A DNA stretch of 63,612 bases, the filler included, from Reclinomonas americana ATCC 50394 (taxonomy: Eukaryota), in assembly GCA_048213135.1 (NCBI GenBank). It is 5 parts of 2 records of this genome, joined end to end, with 100 filler letters (N's around TTAATTAATTAA, not from the genome) between each part and the next. Parts side by side here need not be neighbours in the genome. Positions count along the whole stretch, not along the records: positions 43,979 to 63,612 come from PS015100.1; 4 more parts are not named here. The stretch is one strand, 5' to 3'. Below are positions 54,801 to 63,612 of this stretch, piece by piece. The notes below the pieces were generated by a model. It was not told where the DNA came from. It searched no databases and worked only from the letters and a program-made list of their open reading frames with translations. The position numbers were made by a program, and so were the translations under genes. How positions within the stretch are numbered: position 1 is the first letter of the stretch; each line of letters opens with the position of its first letter.

Positions 54801-57800
54801 NNNNNNNNNNNNNNNNNNNNNNNNNNNNNNNNNNNNNNNNNNNNNNNNNNNNNNNNNNNNNNNNNNNNNNNNNNNNNNNNNNNNNNNNNNNNNNNNNNNN
54901 NNNNNNNNNNNNNNNNNNNNNNNNNNNNNNNNNNNNNNNNNNNNNNNNNNNNNNNNNNNNNNNNNNNNNNNNNNNNNNNNNNNNNNNNNNNNNNNNNNNN
55001 NNNNNNNNNNNNNNNNNNNNNNNNNNNNNNNNNNNNNNNNNNNNNNNNNNNNNNNNNNNNNNNNNNNNNNNNNNNNNNNNNNNNNNNNNNNNNNNNNNNN
55101 NNNNNAGCAAGACCTTTTTCGCGCTGTGGCGCAGTGTGGTGACTCGCTGGTGCGACATTTTTCGTCTCCCTCTTCCTCCCTCTCTCCCCCCACACAAGTG
55201 CGTCACATCGTTCATCTCATCTCGTCGTTCCAGCTGCACTGAGATGCGCGGTGGTGAACGCATCGAGATCCCGGCCGAGCCGCATGCGGCGCAACCCGTG
55301 GAGTACGATGAGGACGGTGAGCCGATTGCTCAGCCGCCACCCGAGCCGCAGGTTTGCCGACTCGCGCTGAGTGCCTCCTGCGCTTTCGACTGCGACTCAT
55401 GTTTCTTGCCACCACCGACTAGTTTATTGAGATTCCGGGCGAGGAGCACAAGGAGCCGGCCAACTTTGACAAGATGGCTCAGTTGCGTGTGAGATTTACA
55501 CTCATTCCACTCGCACACGTCTCATTCCATGCACCCAGCGTTCTTGTGCCGCGCGCCAAGGAAGAGTGGTTCCACTTGTACGAGTCGGTGGACAGCATGA
55601 CCATTCCAGTCATGCAGCTGCACCAGTTGTTCTTGCGTTGCGCATTTTTCTTGCTGCCTTTGCCGATCTCTTCGCCGTCCACCTATTCACTTGTGCACCG
55701 CAGAGACCGCCAACTATGTGCAAGAGCTGGAGATGCTGTCGGCCACGTACACTGGCCAGGTGCAAGGCATGGACCGTCGCTGGGTGGAGAACCGCCAGAA
55801 GCGCTTCGCCGAACTGGCGCTGATGCTTCGCCAGAAGAAGTGGATTCCGGCGCTGCGGGCGTCGTCCACGTTGCGTACCGTGCTTGAGGGCGCCGTTTCC
55901 GCCGCGCACCATTGGACTGATGAGCGAAATCGCGCGCAGGTTGCTCCCGACGCTCTTCGACTTTGAGATGGAGAGTGACGAGCTGTTTAAGCGGCTGGTG
56001 GAGTGCGAGCGCATGTTCCAAGAGGACTGGCAGACGCAGCCGGCGGCTTCGGTGCTGAACTTGACGAGCGCCGTCAACAGCTTGTTCCGCGACTTCTCGT
56101 TCGATCATCTGGATTACATTGAGCTTTTGTGCTCGGCCCCCGCCCTGGTGGACTGGTTGCGCGAGCAGTCGAGCCACGAGAACTTTAACTCGCTCATCAA
56201 TGTGTGCAAATCGTCCACTGACGATCCGATGGTTTGTCCCTCATACATGCTGCTGCACGTCTTTTTTCCGTTGCTCACGATTTGTGCCTCGCAGATGCTG
56301 AGAGCGTTTGCGGCCGTTGTCGCCACACGCACTCTGCTCTCGCGTGTGCTGTACGACCGCACGTATTCGAGCCTGACGAACTTCTTGCGCGAGGTGTCGC
56401 TGTTGAATCTGGAGGCCGACGACGGATTGCAGAATCTGCGCACCACGGCCTCCTCGTTTGATTCGCTGCTGAAGGTGTTTGAGCATCAGACTCGTTCGCC
56501 TGGCGTGAAGGCCTGCTACGATCTCAAGGTGCGACGCACATACTCACACCACATAGCTCGTTCGCTCTTGTCGCTCACTTTTCTTGCTCTTCCCTTCGCA
56601 GGACATTCTCGAGCGCGGCCAGTACAACTTCCGCAACTCGAGCATCCGTCGCGATCCAAACTCGATCTTCCTGTGCCGCCTGCGTGGCGCCGAGGCCGAT
56701 TCGTTCGCGTCGGAGTTCACCCTCGACACGCTGTTGGATCTGCGCAACAAGCTGATGCTCACCGAGGTGCCACCGGAGCTTGCCGAGCAGGAGGACTTCA
56801 ACAGCATGATCACCACCTACGTGGAGCAACTGCGCATTTTCAGTGAGATGCGCGACACGATCATTGCCCTGTTCTCGTTGCGTCGGGGTTGGCGGGTGTG
56901 GGAAATTGATAAGTGCGTTTCTCAAGCGAGTACGCCACAGCTCCGGCCACTTTGACTTCCAAGAGGAGTTCGAGCTGTCATTTGCCGCTTCGACACCGCT
57001 TCCTCAACTGGAAGCTGAAGCAGATCGGCTGGCCACCATCAGCAGGGTACGGCACACAGAAGAACGGTGGCAGCACCATTCGAGTTTCTCACCTGCCACC
57101 GTCTGCAGAACTGGACAAAGCAAGTGGCGGAGATGCGTCTCATGCACTACTTCCTCAACTTTTTCAACATGCGCCAGATCCTCATGCTGGTCAAGTATCT
57201 GGATCGCTACGTCAAGTCGACATTTACCGACGGTCAGTGTTGGGTTGTTACCTGTCAACGTGTGTTCTGGGACTCAACAAAGAGTCTTCTCGCAGAGCCT
57301 GCGCTTGAAATGCTTCGCTCTTTGCTGCGTCTGATTGCCGAAGTGGCCGAGGAAGCACTTCTTGGCGTGGTGGAAGCGTGGGCAGAGGCGAAGGCCAAGA
57401 CGCCTGAGGAGCGCCTGTCGTCGCTCGGTGTGTGCTTGGATCGGAGCACGGGTGAAACATGAGCTGTGACGTGCTCACTCGACTGCTCTTTGTTTGTGCA
57501 GGTGAGCTGCTGGGCCGCATGTTTTTGCACACGCCGCCGACCCGCCGCACGATTCCGCGCCACAATTTCGAGTTTATTCATGCGCTCTTTGACGCTGGCG
57601 AGCGTGTGGCCGAAGTGGGTCTGCCGGTGGCCGTGTGCGCCGCAGGTGGCACTGAACGGTGCGCACCCCGTCGTACGATTTCTGCTGATTGCAACCCGCG
57701 CTTTTTTTGCTGACCCTCCTGGATCGCGCAGTGTCATCGACGTTGTGCTGTCCATTTTCGCCAGTCGCGGACGCCTTCCCGAACCGGAGGAGCTGCTGAT

Positions 57801-60800
57801 GTGCGACTCCAAGTTGCGTATACCTCGTTCGTCGCCTTCTTCCTCTTTGCCCACCCAGCACTGACTGGGGAGGGCAGGACGGATTTCGAGGATCTTGAGA
57901 TCCTGTTGTTGCGCTGGATTGGCGCCAAGACACACAACCGTGACGACCGCGTGTTCTGCATCGGCAACGTCGACATGCTCTCGTACACCACGCAGTGCAA
58001 GTTTGTCGACAAGCTGCGCCAGGTGCTGGAGCACAGTTCACTGCCGGGCTCGGTGCTGGTGCTGGTCAGTGGCGTTTCGCGCGGTCAGCACTTGCTCACT
58101 GCGCTGTCGCGCTGCGTGGTCGACACTCGCACCATGGAGGAGGATGACCTGACGCGTGTGCTGGAGCAACTCTCGGTGCAGTACACGGCGGGCATTTTCA
58201 GCGTCACCTCGGTTCTCGCCGGCACCGGCAAGAGTGACTTTGTGATGCGCTGGGTGGCCAAGGAGGGCCTCATCTACCAGCGCGTCCCGCTTCGTGAAGG
58301 CATGAACGCAGCGTCGTTGATTTCTGCTCTCCGCTGGAAGGAAAAGCAGCTGCGCAACTACGCCGTGCTGCAAGGTACGATCGCAGCCACGTATGCCGAT
58401 TTGAGACANNNNNNNNNNNNNNNNNNNNNNNNNNNNNNNNNNNNNNNNNNNNNNNNNNNNNNNNNNNNNNNNNNNNNNNNNNNNNNNNNNNNNNNNNNNN
58501 NNNNNNNNNNNNNNNNNNNNNNNNNNNNNNNNNNNNNNNNNNNNNNNNNNNNNNNNNNNNNNNNNNNNNNNNNNNNNNNNNNNNNNNNNNNNNNNNNNNN
58601 NNNNNNNNNNNNNNNNNNNNNNNNNNNNNNNNNNNNNNNNNNNNNNNNNNNNNNNNTTTTGTGTTTTAATGTGTCACTGACTGCTTGCCTCTCCTCTCCA
58701 CCGCGCCAGGCCTGTTCAAGGAGATTGTGTGCGACCGCTTCATGCTCGGCGAGCGACTGCCGAACAACATCAAGGTGATTGCCGCCTGCAATCCGTACCG
58801 CCTCAAGAAGGAGGACTCGGAGGGCCCAGTTGGTCTCGTGTTCCAGGTACGCTCGCTCCTGCATGGGTCGCAAATGATCTCTCTCCGACTAGCGCATCTC
58901 ACTTTCTCGGCCCAGTACCAACAAGATGAGAATCCGATTCCCGACCCGCTCGAGAAGCTCGTGTACCGCGTGCTGCCGCTGCCGCAGACCATGATGGAGT
59001 ATGTGTTCGATTACGGCGCACTGCCAGAGGCCACTGAAAAGGTAAAGAGAGAGAGAGAGAAAGAGAGAGTATTAGAAAGAACTGGGTGTCGCTGACGCGC
59101 TTTCTGCCTGCGTGCAGTTATACGCCGGTAGCATCCTCATGCGTGAGCTCAGCTGGACCATTCGTCACCGCTTCAAGAGCGAGTTCATCGACGTGTTCAC
59201 CAACTGCCTCAGTATCTCGCAAGTGTACATGCGCTCGTTCCTCGGAGGTATGTGTCATCTTGTTCTGCTCTCTGTGATCTGGTTTGATCGCGTGCTCACC
59301 AAAACGTCTCGTGCGGCACAGACGTGTCGGCTGTGAGTCTGCGTGACATTGTGCGCTGCATCAAGCTCTTCAAGTTCTTCGTCGCCTACTTTAGCGACAT
59401 GGAGAAGAAGGCGTACTGCTTCGACGAGGATCGGTTCGCCTCGCGTGACATTATTCCGCGAGCCATGGTCATGGCGCTCTCGCACTGCTACCACAGTCGC
59501 TTGACGTTGCGTTACATTGCTGAAGTGTTCTGTCGGCCGACGTAATGATGTGCTGACTTGCGTGGTGCAGGAACACGCGCGCCGACTACCGGTGCGAGAT
59601 CTCGAATGCACTGTTGAGCTTGCCGATGCACTCGTACCTGCGTGTCGACGAGGAGAAGTTCCGCACGTGGGTGTGGAACGCGCAGCGCGATTTTGCCGCG
59701 CGCATGGACGTGGGTCAGGGCGACGGCATTGCGCTCAACCAGGCCTTGTGCGAGAATCTCTTTATGATTTTCGTGTCCGTTCTCAACAAGATCCCCATCT
59801 TCGTCATTGGCAAGCCCGGCTCCTCCAAGAGTCTGGCCATGGAGGTCATCGCCACTCGCTTCAACGGCGAGGTGTCGCGTAACGAGTTCCTCCGATGCTT
59901 CCCGCCCGTGCAGGTAACGCACCGCACCGTGTGATCGACGGCAATGCTGGGACTCTGACTTGCGCTCGACCGTTCGCAGATTTTCAGCTACCAGTGCAGT
60001 CCGCTGTCGACGGCGCAGGGCATTGAGCAGACGCTGCAGGCGGCTCGGCGGTTCGCTCGNNNNNNNNNNNNNNNNNNNNNNNNNNNNNNNNNNNNNNNNN
60101 NNNNNNNNNNNNNNNNNNNNNNNNNNNNNNNNNNNNNNNNNNNNNNNNNNNNNNNNNNNNNNNNNNNNNNNNNNNNNNNNNNNNNNNNNNNNNNNNNNNN
60201 NNNNNNNNNNNNNNNNNNNNNNNNNNNNNNNNNNNNNNNNNNNNNNNNNNNNNNNNNNNNNNNNNNNNNNNNNNNNNNNNNNNNNNNNNNNNNNNNNNNN
60301 NNNNNNNNNNNNNNNNNNNNNNNNNNNNNNNNNNNNNNNNNNNNNNNNNNNNNNNNNNNNNNNNNNNNNNNNNNNNNNNNNNNNNNNNNNNNNNNNNNNN
60401 NNNNNNNNNNNNNNNNNNNNNNNNNNNNNNNNNNNNNNNNNNNNNNNNNNNNNNNNNNNNNNNNNNNNNNNNNNNNNNNNNNNNNNNNNNNNNNNNNNNN
60501 NNNNNNNNNNNNNNNNNNNNNNNNNNNNNNNNNNNNNNNNNNNNNNNNNNNNNNNNNNNNNNNNNNNNNNNNNNNNNNNNNNNNNNNNNNNNNNNNNNNN
60601 NNNNNNNNNNNNNNNNNNNNNNNNNNNNNNNNNNNNNNNNNNNNNNNNNNNNNNNNNNNNNNNNNNNNATGCACATCCGACAGGTTGCTGCGCACAACGT
60701 CGAGGATGTTCGGCCGGGGAATGCGGCGCAGGTCGAGATTGGAGCGCTCGGCAAACTTCTCCAAAATAAACTTCATCGACGACGGCTTGCCGCCAAAGTT

Positions 60801-63612
60801 GCGGATGACGGCGTGGAACAAAATCTGCTCCGAGAAGTCGGTGGCGGCCTGCAGACGGCGGTTGACGTCCTTGACGATCGAGTAAAAGTCACGCAGACCA
60901 AAGAACTCGCGGCGACCCTGCTCCGTGTACACCTCGTTGTAGGCCTCGGCAAGTGGGCGCAGATACGCCTCCAGGTCGTGACGGTTGACAATTCCCTTGG
61001 CCGTGAAACACAAATCCTCCACACCAGGCGCCGGGCGCGCCAAATGCACACCCTGTGTGGTGACCACGATCAGCAACTGTCATCTCTACTGTACAGCGCG
61101 AGACAACCACAGACACACACACACACACGAAACTCGGTTGATCTTGGCCGGATCGAGCACCCAGTTGGAGATGCCGACCACCGCCAAATCCGGATGCTCC
61201 AGCTCGGCGTGCAGCACCTTGAGCGGCAGATGCGGGCTCTGCTCAGCCAAACCGACCTCGTCGAGCAACACCACGACCACCGTGCGTGGCGCCTCGCGCT
61301 GGTACCTGTGTGGATATTTGTGGTGAACCACCACACGAAAGCAATACAAGTCGTTGGAAGNNNNNNNNNNNNNNNNNNNNTGAGCTCCTGGTACAACTCC
61401 TTCTTCATCTCAAACGCCTCCAGGCCCTTCTCAAAGTCCTCGCGGTTCTCGGCGTTTTCGGCGGCCTCGTATTCCGGCTGCCACATGGAGAGCACGAGCG
61501 AGCTGACCAGGTCGTTGTGGAATCCGACAAAGGCCGTACCCGACTCCCACTACAATAGTCGAGTTGAGCGGCAGGCAGGCGAAGTTGGGCGAGCAAAATA
61601 TGCAGCAGATGCACACCTTTTCCTCCGAACGCGCATTGTTGATAAAGATCTCCATGCGCTGCTCGACGTCCTTGACCATGCGCTGCTGCACGCCGGTCAA
61701 AATGTCCTGGCGCAACAGCACTTGCTTCTCGAAGCGATTCAGCAGTGGCGGCGGCAAGATGTTGTACGCCTGCTCACGATCGACGACCACGATTACGCGG
61801 AAATTGATGTCGACAGGGCACAGGCGCGAATTCGTGCCGAGCGCAATGCGCACAAAGCGCTGGCCGCCGTACTCCGAGTAGTGCTGATTCAGCAAGTCGT
61901 ACAGCGACTCGTACAGATTCTCGCACTACATCGCCACACGCACACACATACACACACATGAGCGCCGTGTCCCCCGACACTTCTCCCACACTCCAGTTCC
62001 ACGCAACATGCACGAGCACCACAGTCCAACCCTCCGACATGCACAGCTTGATGCGCTGGATGTTGAGGCAAATCTGCAGATCCGTCTTGTCGCCAGGGAA
62101 GTCGGAGCCGAAAATGACCTCGGTCTTGGTGTACTTGAGCAGCTCGCGGTCAAAGAGCAGACGCAGAGCGGCGTTGTTCTTGGTCAGCAGCATCAGATGG
62201 CGCGCNNNNNNNNNNNNNNNNNNNNNNNNNNNNNNNNNNNNNNNNNNNNNNNNNNNNNNNNNNNNNNNNNNNNNNNNNNNNNNNNNNNNNNNNNNNNNNT
62301 CGAGCAGGTGTGGTACCGCCTGCTGTGGGTGGTCACGCCGGAGAGCATTGTGCGCGCACAGAACCGTGACAATGCGCCGATGTTCATCGAGCGGGCACGG
62401 TGAGTCGATCCGTTCCGTGTTATGTTTTGTGTGCTCCTGCTGACGCCCCTTTCCCTCTGCAGTACGGTGTACTACCACGAGCAGCATCACCGCGATCTGG
62501 TCACATTCTTGAAGTCGGCTCTCTCGCAACGCGCAACGTTGCGCTCATTCGCGAAGCACTCTGCGTACGCGTAGCCACTCACTGACATATACATTGAAAA
62601 CACAGTGATGCGACTCAGTGGGGCGACTCACTCGGCATGCTGACAATGCTGCTCACGTTCTCGCCGTTGAGCGGCGACGTGATTGTGCGGCTCAATGAGG
62701 GTCTGGGCGAGCACCTCAAGGTGTCTGTTGTCCGTCTGCACGAGATGCACTCGGAGACAGACATGTCGCGCAGGTGCGGAGAAAGTGAGATGGTGTGTTT
62801 TTCTCTCTGGCTCACGGTGCGTGATGCAGCCTGACCGAGTTCTTCACTGGTGGATCACCGGAGCCGAGCCTGCTGGTCATTCAGTGCGAACCGATCATCA
62901 CCAGTGTGCAGCGCGTGCAGCACACCAAGTACCTATGCGAGAACATTCGTGGCAAGTCGTACACTGCCGGTGCGTCACGCTGTCGCCATCGCCGTTGGCA
63001 CAACCACAATTGCTCACCTCATTTGCGTCACTCGCACAGGCATGCCCACCCGCCACGTGGTGATGCTCATTCACGTTCATCGCGCGGCGGAGACGCCCTT
63101 CACCTTCGACTTTGACAAGACCTGGGGTTTCGCCTTTGTCGACACTGTGTCGGTGGACGAGGAGTTTGGCGACACGGTTTGTGCACACACACACACACAC
63201 ACATAATCTCTCTTTCTAGAAGATGGCTCGGAGTGCTGACTCGGCCTGCATTTGCAGATGGAGATGCTCACGCGCAGTATCTACGAGCTGGTCAATCGCT
63301 TCTACGAAGCTGGCTCGCTCGTGTCGATGCTACGTCGCCACTTCCGCATGGCGCTGTCGTTGGTACGTTGCCGTGCCGACCGCTTCTGCGCGCTCTTTTG
63401 CGCTCATCCTTGTGTACTCTTCAGTTGTTGTACCCGTACCGCCGCGACGGCGACAGTGTCCGCGGTCAGATTCGCACTGTGATGGAGTTGCTGTCAGACG
63501 ACGTCTTTGTGCCGAAGCTGCAGCAGCAGATTTTGCACATGATTCAGCAGAACGAGTACGGCTTTGGCAGCGAGAAAGGCTGGCAGTATCAGGTGGCGTC
63601 GAGCATGCGCGC
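47824..63612 (+). CDS. RNF213: RNF213/mysterin-like giant AAA+ ATPase (E3 region expected beyond the window end)
   Basis: CBM20-like segment (VEFHLLL...EVVGGW...EWENDPNR), SGHF, Walker A-like AGTGKS, FKEIVCDR...IAACNPYR, LVYRVLPLP, VSLRDIVRC, IALNQALCENLFMIFVSVLNKIPIFVIGKPGSSKSLAM, YQCSPLST, LLDEVGLAEQSPHLPLKVLH, GISNWVLDPAKINR, FFGLRDFYS, IFGSDFPGD, NLYESLYDLLNQHY and LLNRFEKQ. The start codon is tentative. Confidence 0.92.
53547..54308 (-). other. Gap-bounded inverted segment of the RNF213-like gene
   Basis: Minus-strand exons end ...DDLQWLTSLRG, which reads in frame into plus-strand SKTFFALWR at 55106. Confidence 0.7.
60669..61360 (-). other. Gap-bounded inverted segment of the RNF213-like gene
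   Basis: Carries YQREAPRTVVVVLLDEVGLAE...FFGLRDFYS...SNLSDVH, the expected continuation of plus-strand YQCSPLST...AARR (60052). Confidence 0.9.
61381..62205 (-). other. Second adjacent inverted segment of the RNF213-like gene
   Basis: ARHLMLLTKN...LLNRFEKQ...ELYQEL continues from 60669 and joins plus-strand 62300 (A+TC GAG CAG = IEQ). Confidence 0.9.

Overview
This window is eukaryotic, not prokaryotic. It is a compact, intron-rich genome from an unidentified unicellular eukaryote, probably a phagotrophic protist. Most introns are about 55-100 nt, with longer ones expanded by microsatellites. The window joins several assembly pieces with N-gaps and four artificial TTAATTAATTAA linkers. Splicing exons by eye gives about 17 genes: an LPMO-like/beta-propeller protein, a PPR(-SMR-like) protein, an RNI-like LRR protein, a 17-beta-HSD/KAR-type SDR, a secreted beta-lactamase-family serine hydrolase, a Ubl+ARM protein, UBA1 (5' part), a RalGAP-alpha-like GAP, a SUEL-lectin/EGF surface protein, CDC73, a divergent kinase, several hypotheticals and a giant RNF213/mysterin homologue. 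The most striking signal is in the splicing grammar. By hand count, about 45-50 introns (roughly a third of those I could place) begin GTTGCG(T) rather than GTGCGT/GTGAGT/GTACGT, i.e. the consensus shifted by +1 nt. Almost all of these follow an exon that does not end in G. This suggests widespread use of a shifted-register 5' splice site that is a rare exception in mammals. Four gap-bounded segments of CDC73 and RNF213 lie on the opposite strand to their gene, most likely through scaffolding mis-orientation. All gene models are manual and lack RNA or database support.
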